Source: Klebsormidium nitens
Taxonomy: Eukaryota > Plantae > Klebsormidiophyceae
Assembly (NCBI GenBank): GCA_000708835.1
Contig: DF236953.1
Span: forward strand, 172,990-236,989
Length of the DNA: 64,000 nucleotides
Direction: 5' to 3'
The notes below the pieces were generated by a model. The model saw only the letters and a program-made list of their open reading frames with translations. It was not told the DNA's origin and made no database searches. This document shows positions 35,801 to 49,100 of this stretch, in pieces; within the stretch, counting starts at the first letter, position 1; every line of letters begins with the position of its first letter. Position numbers and translations under genes: made by a program.

Positions 35801-35893
35801 GCTTTTGTCACTGGCATGGTATGTCAGCTGGTACTTCCAGGTCACTCCAGCCTGGACATCCAACCAGTGGACTATAAAGGCCAAATGGTCCAT
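29893..35893 (-). CDS. NME7: Nucleoside diphosphate kinase 7 (DM10 + two NDK domains), 373 aa; exons 35893-35792, 35107-34941, 34533-34372, 33534-33446, 32837-32719, 32286-32190, 31087-30957, 30557-30387, 29976-29893
   Basis: DM10-like start (YDIKNRRTFLKRT...YSRQLHLMDYAD), NDK-A TLAMIKPDA...NACHGSD, NDK-B SLAIVKPHA...GPADPEIGKVLRPQSLRAQFG...KNAVHCTDLPEDG; phases consistent (1122 nt). Confidence 0.96.
31088..31800 (-). repeat. Four to five decaying copies of the NME7 exon-7 acceptor and exon start in intron 6
   Basis: The nearest copy shares an identical ~53-nt run (atctcaaagtgcgccgcgatctggtcgatgatggcgcccgcgtgccctgcagc) with the true junction; further copies near 31330-31372, 31465-31500, 31537-31592 and 31770-31800 are progressively diverged. 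Confidence 0.92.
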
Positions 35894-37179
35894 GTTTGAA
35901 TCCACCTGCAGAGAGAGAGAGAGGAATAGACTGCAATTCAGCGAGCTTGGTGTGGAGCCCCTTTCTACAAGGACAGATGTCGATCCACTGAAGCTGGTCA
36001 AGTGCAGACAGGAGCTTGTGATTGTCAAGAGAGTGGGGATGACTCAGGTCTCAGGCAAAATACAGCTCTTGGAAGAGCCAGGAGTGGTGCATTGAGGTCC
36101 ACAGTGGCTGTCCCTCAGGTCATTGAGCTGCAAGAAGTCACTGGGGAAGGGGTATACTTTCCAAGAATGCTGGCTCTTATCGAGATTGTTTTGTGAGAGG
36201 AATCAGCAGCCAAAGAGGCGCAACATAGTAGATATTCAGCCAAGGACTCATCTTGCTGTTTGGACCAAATAACACCAGGTTAGATACAGGCTTTCATCAA
36301 GAGAACAAAAGCTGAGCACGATTGGCAGCTCTTAGACACCAACTAAAATCACAAGAAAAAGCTTGGAGGTAAAGATCCTGCACTTGATTCACGCGGAAGT
36401 GCTCAGCTGAACACTAGATGTGCTTGTCCATTTTACGCCAATCAATGGGAGCAGGCTAACAGAGCTTTCAAAAGAAGACGAGAGAGCGGAAGAAACGACG
36501 CCTGCCGCACCATGCTTATGCTTGCTGATGTCGATGTCTCTGCAATCTCTCGTTGGCACCCTCCTCACTCCCGAATCGTGCTTTCAGAAACCTCCAGCTC
36601 TCAGCTTCACTGGCTCAGCTCGGAGTCTTGCCCTCTCCCGTATTCAATGTGCTAATAGATCCGCTTGCATTGAAGACCACAATTTGGTGAAAAAGCATTG
36701 AAAGTGAAGCGTTTATGAATGTTCAGAATACCTGGACGGAACCTGAAGGCTAAGCAAGGAGAGAAGCAAGGTGCAGAATTAGGGTTCCGCTTTCAGCTGA
36801 CGGTGCTTTCGAAGTGATCCCCCTTCTCGAGCATCTCGTGCCCGGGGAGCGGCCCCGCCCGCGGCATTCTGAGGCTAGAAGAAGTGAAAAGTGGTCGGTA
36901 CAAGGACCCTGCGCTTTCTGCACTTGCCTTCCTCCTTGCAAGGGGGTGCTTGCATGTCATGCAAAATTCGCCACAGCAGCTACACAAGAGTCCAAGTTGA
37001 CATGCAGACTGCATGAGAGTAGCCTGAGTAGAAGTGCTGCTCAGCGCTCACGAGGGCGCTCACGAGGGGCCTGTAATGGAATCTGACAAGAGCTTTCGAA
37101 CATGGCGCCAGGTCGGCTTGGCTGTTGACAAAATGACCTTCATTCGCATAGGCTTCTTGGGTTGACGTTTGGGCCAAGA

Positions 37180-40100
37180 ATGGAGGGGGAAGCGAGTGTG
37201 AAGCAGCTCTTGCTGCAGCAGACAATTCCCGCCCTTCCCAACGCCGGCCCGGGCGCCGCCGCTTGGCTGCCCACCTTTGCTGGGTCCAGCTGGCTCGCTT
37301 ATGGGGCCGGGGGGAGTGTCGTCATTCGCTCCGCTCCCTCACCCTCTGCAGGGGGGGATAACTCCGCCAGCTCGTTTTTCCAGCAGGTTATCAGCTTGAC
37401 CAGGGGTTCTAGATGCATTCCAGAAGGGGGTTTAAATGGACAAGCACCGGGTGAGAATGTGGTTAGGGGCCAAGGTGGTGCAGGGAAACTAGATGGGGGA
37501 GATGAAAGCAACGTGGAGTGCGTGGCATGGGCGCCGCAGGGTGCGGAGCAGCAGGGCGCGCTGGCGGCAGTGTGCGGGGACGCTGTGCACATTCTGGCGC
37601 CGCAAAATGATCAGGGCTCCAGCCCAACAGGTGCTCATTTGGGGGTGTGCTCATTGTTGAAATTGAACAGTATGCGCATATCTTCAGGGATTGTTACTGT
37701 GGAAAGACGGAGAAACTGGCAGGGTGGTGTTTAAAAAGCAGAAGTGTACCTCCATTCGTGTCTGTGTGCTTGACAAATCAATGAACAATAGAACCAAACC
37801 AAGTTGAAAGATGGTTTCTCAGAAACCGCTCTTCACCATGGGGTGGCGAAATGTCAGCTCTTGACTTCCTTTGATCGCTTAATTCCCCCAATTTATAGCT
37901 GTCAGCATTGGACAAGCGCTCACATAGAAAGAAGTTCAATCAAACATGGTCTGCCTCAGGATGATTTGGCAGGGCTTCAGGTGCACTTTGCACCTCGAGA
38001 CATAGTAGCTGACATATGTAGATGTTTCATGCACAGTAAAGTCCACTATATAACTAAACAAAAAACTTCGTCAAGAGAATCACGGGAACTTAGTGACTTT
38101 GGGAAAAGGGCAATTTCAGATCTGTCTCTGACTACTTTCTGACACCTTTTGACGAACGCTGACACTGACAGCTGTCTTTCTGGATACAGATTTGCCCCTG
38201 TTCTGGCGCCCCATCGCTCGTTTACACCACCCCTCCCCCGTTCACGCTGTGGCTTGGACCCACTCTGGGGACGGCCTCCTCTCCGCGGGTGCAGAGGTCG
38301 CCATGTGGCGCCCTACGAAGACGCCACCTGGCACCCCAGCCACCTGGCAGCGAATCTGGAGTGGGACCCCCACGGACGGCCCCCAAGTGCAGACCGCAAC
38401 CACGCAGACGGTGGAGAGCTTAGTGGCGACTGCACAAGGGCACGCACAAAATGGGTCGGAGTCGGTTGCGGGTACCCCGGGGCGGCGCAAGCGCCCCGCG
38501 TGGGGGAGGGCTACGGAGACCGGTCACGCGACAGTCTGGTGGCACTGCGCGAAACCCGCTGACGTCAGCACCGATGGTTCCGCTGCGAAGAAAGCCAAGC
38601 CGCAGGAGAGCTTGCCAGGAGGTCCGAAACACTCACGACTGGCTGTTGCGAATGGGGCTCACGCGAGTGCTGAGGTCAGCGGAGCGGGATCGAGCCAGCA
38701 GCAGCCACTTGACGACCCGGACTTCGACCCGAATCAGGAGCTTCATGCGATCGTCTTACCGCACCCAGGGGCCATTCTAAGCTTGCAGTGGCGCCCCCAG
38801 CAAGGACTGCGGGGTCTCGGCCCGAGGCGACAGGCCCTGCTGACATCATGCGAGGACGGGATTGTCCGGCTGTGGCTCGAGGTAGAGGTGCGCAGGGGCC
38901 GCCAGGTGGCGGGCTCCGATTCTCCGTCCACCCGGGCGCCCCCCCGCTTCTATGTTGGGGCAATTTTCGAGCCGTTTCCGGGTCCTAGCTCTGCGCCTTC
39001 TATGCGGGGATGCGTTTACTGGGCGGAAGAGAACTCCCCCCGGGGCGCAAAACCGGGGCAGGCTGCTGACGTGGCGGGCTGTGAGTGGCTGGTCGGAGTT
39101 CGGGCGGACGGAACGGTCGGGCTTTGGGCGGTTCACTGCCTGGACGACTTGCACCCTCCGAGAACGCCGCGCATTTCAAAGTGGGACGAATCACCAGGGC
39201 TCCTGTCGCAAGGGGAGGTGGCGCCTTCAGAGGGCGCCAGGTGGCAGCCGTCGGTGCTATCGTGCGCAATCCAGCGGCCGGATGGGGGCCAGGGCGGCCC
39301 CCCCACTGCAGTCGAGCTCTGCGAGCGCGTCTCTGCTTGGGGGTTCCGGTGGGCGCGGATCTGGCCCCCCGTTTTGGCGATTGGCGGTGGGGGGGGCCAC
39401 ATGGTGGGGGGCAACGGGGCCCCTAGAACGGGGGGGAGGAAAAGCTGGGGAGTGTCGATGGAGGACGTCCGCGTTTTGGGGCTCGGCAGGGGGGTGAAAC
39501 AGGTGGCAGTGCACCCAAGCCCGGCAGCCGCACTGCTGGCGACCGTTGATTCGGATGGGGGGGTCGTTTTGTGGGAGACGGGGGCCCCCGGGACGGATTC
39601 GGTGGCGGTTCCTGCAGTGACGGGGCCGTTTGCGATTATGGGCTCGGCTATTCGGGCTTGCCTGAGCCTCGAGGAGATTGGTGGAGATTCTGGCAGAAAA
39701 GAGCGCAGGTACTCGGTTGTTCGCTGGTTGGGAGGAGCTACGGCTCAGCCCGCGTCAAAACAGTGGCTTCTGAGTCTCCGCAGTGGGGCTGTGGATCTGT
39801 GGGAGATCGCAAGAAGCGGGAGCGGGCTGAAAGATGCCAAGCTGTCGCTGTTATCTTCGCTCGTTCCCCCTGAGGAGGAGGGGACTCCGAGTCTGGACAA
39901 CTTTTGCATCGTTCCTGGTTTGGCTGATTCCAACGATTGCGCTTTGGGTTCGGCATCCGCAGTGACTTTTCGAGTTTTAGCAACGGGCAACTCGGGACGG
40001 TTGCTTCTTGGCTGGCGGTTGGATATCCGGGATCCGGCAGGTTCGTCAAGAGGGGTTGCGGCAAGCTGGTGGTTCGGCTCGGAAGAAAGTGAGTCGAACG

Positions 40101-43100
40101 GCCATTCCGGAGCGGAAGAGGAAAGGACAGCTGTCGAAGTGTGCTTCCTTGGTTCGCGAAACTTCGGGGAGACAGAGGCAGTGGTGGATCTGGATTCGGA
40201 GATGAGCGAGTGGCCTTCGGAACGGAAAACGGAAAGAGGCGGCAAGGGGAAGGAACTGTTCGACGGAGAGCATAGTGGGCCGTTCGTATTTGCGACAGCT
40301 CATGAAGACGGGAGCGTTCGCTTCTGGGACGTCGCAGAGGCAGCGGACCAGTCGTCGGACGCCAGCTGGCGCGTAGCGGGTTGGACGCAAGTTTCGGAAC
40401 AGGGGGGCCTGAAGTCGGTCAGAGTCGCCCCCGGGAAAGGCCGGATTGCTGTCGTCATCAAGAGCAGAACGAAGCCCAATGACACGTCAGTAGAGCGGGT
40501 GCAGATTTGGGAGGGCGAGAGCTGCTTCGGCGTGGGGGGTGCGTTCACACTGGAGGGCGAGCTGGAACACCCTGCCAGTGGGAACACCCCGGAGGTGGCC
40601 TGGGGCGACGCGCACAACGGCCAGCTATTACTGGCGGTCGCCGGCGGAGAGAAGCTCCACGTGTTCGTCCAGGGACACAGCCCACGAAGGGACCCCGAAT
40701 CGGGAACGCCGAACAGCGACCTGCAACTGAAAACGGGGGGCTGGACGTGTCTCGCCGAAGCGGAGTCTCCGTTCGAGCGGTTCCGGGGTTTGGCGTGGGG
40801 TCCGCAAATGTCGCTCATTGCTGGCGCCGGTCCGAACCTCCACCTTTTCGGACCGTGGCTGACCGGGAAGCCCTCCGTTTCCGTGCTGCCCCTTCCGCCG
40901 CCCGAAACGGCAGCGCCCGTAAACGCGCCTCTGTCGAAAATGACCTACAAGGGGGGGAGCTATTCCCAGTTGTCGCTGGCCCCCTCTGCGTCTACCAGCT
41001 CTCTCCCTCAGCTAGGACTCCACTCTAGTTCCGTCCCCTCACTTACTTCCCTCCTAACCCCTTCCTCTTCCTACGGGTCCCTTTCGGGCGCAGAACAGAA
41101 ACTACCACTGAAAACCACCTCCGGTGCTGACGTCATCACGCTTTTTGACGCTGCTGGGGGGGTCGGAGCGCCCCTGGAAGATTACCACCCCCGGGTCTTG
41201 TTCCACTTCATGTTTGAGGGGAACAAGAGAAAGGCGCGCGCATGCTTGCGACACTTGGCTGCAGGGCTGCACGCCACGTCAGCAAAGGGCGCCGAAAGTT
41301 CTGGAAGCTCGCGGCACTTCGGGCGCATGCATTTGTCGGAGCTCGTGAGCTTGGACGAGCCGACAGAAACGTCTAGGCTTCCCTCCAGGCGTGGATCCGC
41401 GGTTGGGAGCTCTAGCGCAAAAGCCGGAGACAAGTACGCGTCGCTGATGTCGAGTTCCTGGGTGGACGAGGAGCCCGGCGGGGAGGGTGACGTCCACGCG
41501 GCAAAAGCGGGCGAGTTCGTGAGGAAAGACGCGGGCGAGCTCTTTACGAAAGCGGAGGCGGAGGCTCTGGCAGAAGCGCTTGCAACAAGTGTGGATGTGC
41601 AGGGGCTGACGTCAGACGAGCGGGTGCAGGCAAGAGAGCGAAAGCGAATCTCTTGCTGCTGCTGCAAGACTCGGCAACTGATAAGATTTCTTCGCTGATT
41701 ATACGAATTCAAGGGAACACGAATGAAATATTTAATAAACTGTTTTGCTTGGGAATGTTAATATACAAGGGAATGTCTGATTTCCTGCGTGTTTATTACT
41801 CACAGATTGAAAGGCGCGCTTGATTCCTCGCTCAGAATGCCTTTTCAGGAACAACGCTTTCCTTTGGAGAAACCCTGGGATCTTGAAACCCCGATGCCCA
41901 AATTTCAAAGCCTAAAACATCTTGAAACCACGATACCCAAATTTCAAAACCAAAAACCTGTTTTGCAGCTGCTGGCAATCATCGACGCTCTGGCTGAGCT
42001 GGACGGCGGCAGCGGCACGCCCCGGCTCGCGCTCGACGCACCCGCGGAGCGCTTCCGGATGGCGACACGTGCCAGCACACTAGCGGCGTCACGGAAACGG
42101 GGGCGCACGGCGGGGACGGCGGACATAACTCTTCCCTCGATGCAGGTGGGTTGGTGCGTGCTTTTCGAAGTAGATCTGGTAGAATCAGAGGGTTGCCTGA
42201 GTCGAAGTTGGTGCGGAGCAAGTTTTGGACCCCTGCAAAGGTTACTGGATCGTTTGTACAAGACGTCCGAGTATCCAATCAATTGAAATGCTCGAGCTCC
42301 CGTTTGCGGGTGTATTACAACCGCAAGTGGGCTTTGTAATGGTTACACGTGTCTGCTGGAAGACCCCTCAGAGTTGTCGACACCACAGTTGCTCGAGGCA
42401 CTGCCACTTGATGTACTGTGATACGTCAGAATTCAAAGCTAATCACTCTTGAAGATCTGGAGAGCCACCGGGTATGGCAAGAACAAACTACGATAACATT
42501 CTACCACGAATCTACGCTATTTGACACAGCGTTTTCTTTTGTCACCCAGTCAAAACTTCTGAAGCATGGCTCAACCTGCTGACAATTGCAACACGGCGCT
42601 TGGTCTGCTTTCGCGCCAACCGCCGAACTGATCATTTTGTCCGTATTGTTCGCAGATGGCGTGGGTCCTTCATTCGGATACCAAGGAGGCCCTGTTGGAC
42701 GCGTGTCTGCCGGATCCCCCCACGTGGCCCGCGATGCGCGCGCTCGGCGCCGGGTTCTGGCACACCAACGTGACGGACCTACGTGCGCGCGTTGAGAAGG
42801 CGGCCCGCGCACAATTCATGGAGAAGAAGGACCCCAAGGACTGCGCGCTGCTCTACTTGGCGCTCGACAGAAAGGTGAGCTTGTTCGTATTCGTTCGGCG
42901 GCTTAACGATCTCAAGAAGGGCGTTCTGGAGAGCGGTTGAGCAGTCCTTTTTTGAGGCTTGATATTTGAGTTGCGTGGCTTTTGTTGGCAGCTTTTGTTG
43001 TTTGCTCTTCACAGGAAAAAAGTGAAGGGACTGTGGAAACATCCTTCAAGAAGCTTTTCTGCCGTTGTTATTTCACTGTGTGTTTCAATCACTCGCCCTG

Positions 43101-46100
43101 TTGTATCGGTGCGGCGCCTCCAGGGAAGACAAGTGTGTAGCTTAGGTCGCCTTAGGTTGTGTCCTCAACACAGTTGCAAAGCCGCTCTTACCTTGTCATG
43201 AACAACTTTGGCAAAATGGTCGGAGGTTTGGCCGTTTTCGATGTCGAGGGTCAACCTGACTCGTCAATCAGCTAATGCTTGGGTCGTAGAGTTGACCCTT
43301 ATTCAAACCATGCTTCGGAGGGGCCTAATTACAGAATCAGTAAGCTAGTTTTTATCAACGTAACCACTCTCTTGCAGACCGTGCTGACGGGTCTCTTCAA
43401 GCTGAGCCGCGACGAGAGGGACAAGAAGCTGTACGAGTTCCTGGGGCGGGATTTCACACAGCCCGCCCACCGGGCCGCCGCGCTCAAGAACTCGTACGTG
43501 TTGATGGGCCAGCACCGGCACGAACTAGCGGCGGCGTTTTTCCTGCTGGGGGGATCCCTCGACGAGGCGGCCGGGGTGTGCTGCAAGAATCTGAAGGACC
43601 CCCAGCTGGCGCTGCTGGTCTGCCGGCTGCGGGAGGGGGCCGATGGGCCGGTCGGGCGGGACATTCTCAAGCGGGAGGTGAGGGGATGTTGTATATTCCT
43701 TGAAACAAAGCACTAAAACCTACAAGTCCTAGCTTTTATTTCTTGCCTTACCGGTTTGCCTTGCGCTTGTTGCCTTAGGCGTGACGCTTTGCCGGTCGGC
43801 TTTGGGGTTTGAGCATTGGCTTTTTGGATTTTTGAGTTCTGTCTCTTTCTTCGGTGTTCAATGAGTGGACTCGGTTTGGAGGTCTCCTTGGTTTTAGCTC
43901 TGATAGAATTTTGGTTGTTCCCGCCTGTTTGAAAAAGTCGAGTAGCTATGGACGTCAATTCGGTCGATACAGTGGGTAGATCCGTCAAAGCTCGCTTGCT
44001 TTTAATCTATAAAGCCCCTTCCATGCTCATTACAGTCTCACGAAGATCGTCTCCGATGGAAGCTCTTCCTGCCGCAAGGGAGTTAGGCGACGTTTGGCTC
44101 TCGCTTAAAGCAGCTTATCGTCTGAGGATTCTGAACAACAGATATACATATAATCTTCCTGTACTGCCCCGCAGATCCTTCCCTCTGCAAGAGAGTCGGG
44201 CGACGCGTGGCTCGCGAGCCTGCTGCTGTGGTCGCTGGGCAACAAGATCGAGGCTTTGCGGGAGGTTGCGGGATCGGGGACTCCTACCGAGGGCGAGCCA
44301 CGCTCCGCGCCGATCCTAGACCCGGAAGTCGGGGACTACTGCGCGCTGCTGGCCGGTAAGTTTCTCCTGTTGATTACCGTTACCGGCTGAAAGTTTTCTT
44401 TGGGTTTGCAGCCTGTGTAAAGCGGGCATCGGTTTGTGTGAAACACGCAGGTCTCACGGCGTGCTGCCGTTCGGCGTGCTGCCTTATTGTAATTACCGAA
44501 AGTTGGCCGTGTCCGGGAGTGAGGATTTATTCGCACCTTCTCCCATCTCCTTCCACGTCATTGATCTTGAGTCCTGTAGACCTAGGCCCGCGCCTAAAGT
44601 CGGATTCAGTTGTTTTCACTTCTGCCTCTGTGTAGAAATCCAATAGCAAGGCCCTGTTTCGCCCACGTTAGTCAACCTTTCTTGTTCTTCTTAGGCAAAC
44701 CCGGGCTTCAACAAGGCCCCCACGCAAAGGAAGCCGCCGAGATTGTCAAGCGGGCGACCGTGCGCGCGGCATATGCCTACGACAGAGCGGGACTCCAACT
44801 TCAAGCCCTAGAACACCTTCCCTCTGACGTCACTTCCCCCACCCAACCTGAGGTCGAAACTCCCAAACCCCCCGAAACGCCGGCATTAAAGGCGAGTTTC
44901 GCCCCCTCTGCTTCGATCGAAAGCGGGACTTTCTCCTGGGGGGGCAGCTTTGGTGGGGCAGGAGGGGGGAGTGCGACGGAGACGACTGCCTCGACAAGTT
45001 CGTGGGGNNNNNNNNNNNNNNNNNNNNNNNNNNNNNNNNNNNNNNNNNNNNNNNNNNNNNNNNNNNNNNNNNNNNNNNNNNNNNNNNNNNNNNNNNNNNN
45101 NNNNNNNNNNNNNNNNNNNNNNNNNNNNNNNNNNNNNNNNNNNNNNNNNNNNNNNNNNNNNNNNNNNNNNNNNNNNNNNNNNNNNNNNNNNNNNNNNNNN
45201 NNNNNNNNNNNNNNNNNNNNNNNNNNNNNNNNNNNNNNNNNNNNNNNNNNNNNNNNNNNNNNNNNNNNNNNNNNNNNNNNNNNNNNNNNNNNNNNNNNNN
45301 NNNNNNNNNNNNNNNNNNNNNNNNNNNNNNNNNNNNNNNNNNNNNNNNNNNNNNNNNNNNNNNNNNNNNNNNNNNNNNNNNNNNNNNNNNNNNNNNNNNN
45401 NNNNNNNNNNNNNNNNNNNNNNNNNNNNNNNNNNNNNNNNNNNNNNNNNNNNNNNNNNNNNNNNNNNNNNNNNNNNNNNNNNNNNNNNNNNNNNNNNNNN
45501 NNNNNNNNNNNNNNNNNNNNNNNNNNNNNNNNNNNNNNNNNNNNNNNNNNNNNNNNNNNNNNNNNNNNNNNNNNNNNNNNNNNNNNNNNNNNNNNNNNNN
45601 NNNNNNNNNNNNNNNNNNNNNNNNNNNNNNNNNNNNNNNNNNNNNNNNNNNNNNNNNNNNNNNNNNNNNNNNNNNNNNNNNNNNNNNNNNNNNNNNNNNN
45701 NNNNNNNNNNNNNGCGTCCCCAGACGCAGGAACCAGTAGGAGCGAGAAAGATAGCAACCCCTGGGCGGTTGGCGTTACCTCGCCCAACGCCGAAACTTCT
45801 AAACCCTCCGCCGAAACCCCTGAACCCTCTGCCAGATCTCCCAAACCCTCCTCGGAAAACCCGTGGTCTTTCGGCTCTTCGTCGCTCTCAGACGCAGCCG
45901 AACCGCAGCCGCCCAAACCCCCCAGATCCTCCGCGAACCCTTGGGCCTTTGGCGCGACCGCCGACGAGGAAGAGGCGCCGGCCGAAACCTCCAAACCCCC
46001 GCCTGCCACGTCAGCAAACCCTTGGTCGTTCGGATCGTCCTTCGCTCCGTTAGAAGAGTCGAACGCAGAGACCTCCAAACCCCCGGAACCTCCGTCCGCC

Positions 46101-49100
46101 GCAAAACCCAACCCCTGGGCGATCGCCTCTTCCTTCACGAGCTTTGGCGACTCAGAAGATTCGAGCGCCGAAACCTCCAAACCCGCGGAAGCGCCGGCCG
46201 CGGCAAAACCCAACCCCTGGGCGATCGGCTCTTCGTTCACGAGCTTTGGCGACGAAGCTCCGGCGCCGAAACCTTCGGACGCCTTCAGCTTCGGAGGCAA
46301 CGAAGACGCGGCCGCCCCCGCGGCCGCGCCCGCGGCTAAACCCTCGAACCCCTGGAGTTTTGCGCCGCCAGAAGAGGAGGAAGAGGCGAAGGTGGAGGAA
46401 GCGGAGGACGTCACGAAGGGGCCGGTGAAGGGGTCCAGGATCGGCGACGGGTGGCTTGGAGAGCAAGTAAGCTTTGTTCATTTTGTGGATTTAGCTCCTC
46501 GAAAGCATTTTCTAAGCGACGGAGATTGCAGGTTCTGAGGGGTCACAGAAAGGAAGCTTTCTCACGTACATCGGTTTTAGAAGCTCGCCATGTGTGTTTA
46601 ACTCTAAGAGACTCGCCTTAGATGAGGGTCTCTGCCCAGAAAGCGGGTAAAGGTCTGATTGGTGGCCGTCTGAAAACTTAGGTCAGAAGGCGGGTAGGTA
46701 ATACGGAGTGAGTCTCCGAACCTCCAGTTACAATGGGAAGAGCCTTGCTTGACTGCTTAACGTCATTACTTTATGTGTACGTCCAACTTATCCCTTCAGG
46801 ACCACAATTGGTAAAGTCGACGCTTCGCTTCCACCTTCCGACAGCCAAACCTTACTCGACGCCAACCTGAACCCCTTCCTTCCTGCTGGTCCAGGTCGTC
46901 ACCGGCCTCCGCTACAGTATGCGCCACCGTCTGACGTCACAGGTCGTCAGCCCTCTGCTGCAGCAGCACCCCAGTTGGGCGATGACGTCAGCAACTTCTC
47001 AAGAAGCTGCAGACGAAGCGTCCGAAGAAGAACTGCTCCTAGAGGACGTTACTCTAGCGGTCGACCGGTGGCGGGTCGATCCGCAGAGGCTCTCCACCGC
47101 CCTCACCTCGCTCGCCCACGGAGGCTCTAGATGGTCCCTCTTCTGCCGCCTGGTCTGCGGAACCTCTACAGCTTCCCAAGTCAAAACAAGCGCCTCTGGC
47201 CCGGATCTGGCGGCGCTGGGCCGGGCGTTTCTGGCGGAGCCGGGAAAGTACAAGCCCGTGGCCGGAGATATCCTCCGGGCGCTCGTCCACGTGCTGCCAC
47301 GTGTCGTCTCGGTGTTAGTCCTTGCGAGTGGAGCGGCGGCGCCGGCGCGCAGCCCGCTGCCACGTCAGCAGCTGTGGGAGGTCCTGCGGGTGGCCGAGGA
47401 GGTGCAGGCGCTGACGGGTGACGTGGCGTCTGCCGAAGCTGCCACGTCATCCAGGGAGGAGAGCGTGAAGAAAGCTGGCGCCGTGGTCGCGCTTTTGCTG
47501 TTCTTGGCGGCGGCGTGGTTCGGAAAACGGACCCAAGGGCTCTTAGCGCTTTTGCAGCCTCTGCTGGAAAACGGCGCCGTGCCGATCGCTCTTTCGAGCA
47601 GCCCGCAAGAAACGCACGACTGGATCGAGGGGCGGATCCAGAAGCTGACGTCATCGGCTCTCCGGGAACAGGGGAAAGCTCCGGACAGCAGAGGGTCAGG
47701 CCCGTCCGGCGTTCAAAAGGAACCGCCTGCAAGCGATCCGTTGCCCCCTAAGAGCCTCGTCGTATCAGAGGCCGACACGTGGCGCGTCCTCAGCACATGC
47801 CTCTGGTCGCAAGTGCTCGGGGCCGTCCGGAAACAGCTCAGCGGTCCGAAGCCGCCAGAAGCTTTTTCGGACCGTTCGCCCGGGGATCGGTCCCAGGGCT
47901 TCGGATGGAACTCCCCCTCTCAGGAGCAGTCCCCGCTCCTGTCCCCACACTCGGTTTCCCCGCCGGCCTCCCCTCCAGGGGGTCAAAAACGCCCGGCTTC
48001 TACCCCCCCGGGTGTGGGCGGCGGAATCGCTGGAGCTGGAGGTATCTACTCCCGAGGTTCGACTTCCAAACCGGGCCAGGGGGACGAGAAGGCGGCGAGG
48101 AAGGTTCGTATCGAAGACGGGATTGTGAGCGCTTTGGCCGGGGTGCAGACTGGGCTGAGGCGACAGCTGGCGGCGCATGTGAAGCGACAGCTGGCAGGGG
48201 CGAAAACTCCGCCGCCTCTAGTTGCGTGGCTGTGGGAGAACGCTCTGAAGGAGGAGACGGGAGGGGCCCAGGCGGCGATTCCGGTCTTGCATCTGAGTGA
48301 GTTGCTGCCTGGTGCTTCTGCTGCGAACGTTGTTACAATCTGCTTGCACATCAGGTGACGACAACCTGCGATTCATGGCAAGCCTCATTGTGACATTCCG
48401 ATACAAACTGTGCCATGTCCACTTCAGTGGTCTTCCGTCATCGCGGCGTAATTGATAACGTGAATGCACAGCTCCTGTTTCCATCAAGAGAACACACACA
48501 CAAACATTCCGATCGAGCTTCATAAGACCAACTTAAGACACCCAACCAGCTCAAAAACCCTGATCACCCAACTCAACCGCACTCTCTTCAATTGCCCAGG
48601 TAAAGACCCAAAAGACAAGGAGCAAGCGCAGCAGGCAGCCCTAGCGCTTCTAAATCAGCCCAAGCCGCGGATCCCGGTGCCCCCCCTGGCAAGCCGAGAC
48701 CCCCTGGAAGCGGAGCTCTGGAGACTGGTGGTCGACAGGGAGAAGCTACGGGCAGCGCTCGAGATGGAAGGGCTCCCGGCGCCCTCCCCCGGGCTGTTCA
48801 AGAGTAAGACAAGATGCAGTCTTCTGGAACTGGCTTCTAAGACACCTCTCCGCATTCTCTTTCTCGATGGTCATGGACGCCAAAAACAGCTCTGCTCTTT
48901 TCTTTGGCCAGTAAAGTTTGTGTGCTGTTGCGCGCCAGGGAAATGGTGACCTTTCTCAACAATGGAAGGGCTCCTGGCGTCCTCCACGGGGCCGAATACC
49001 AACCGTCTGTTTGCAAGTTGTGTTCTCTTGATAGTGAAGGCCTGTCAAACACCTTGGTTTCTGGAAGAGGAAGGACGTCAGCCGTTGCTCTGAGATAGAG

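Noticed and set aside
38113-38135. Weak acceptor-copy candidates (also near 42590, 50325 and 53035)
   Set aside because: Matches are short and could arise by chance; not counted among the junction duplications.
38242-41712. Many antisense and alternative-frame ORFs over large DMXL exons (also 46999-48351 and 52899-53739)
   Set aside because: Expected shadows of GC-rich coding sequence.
45002-45739. ORFs composed mostly of X
   Set aside because: Artefacts of the N gap.
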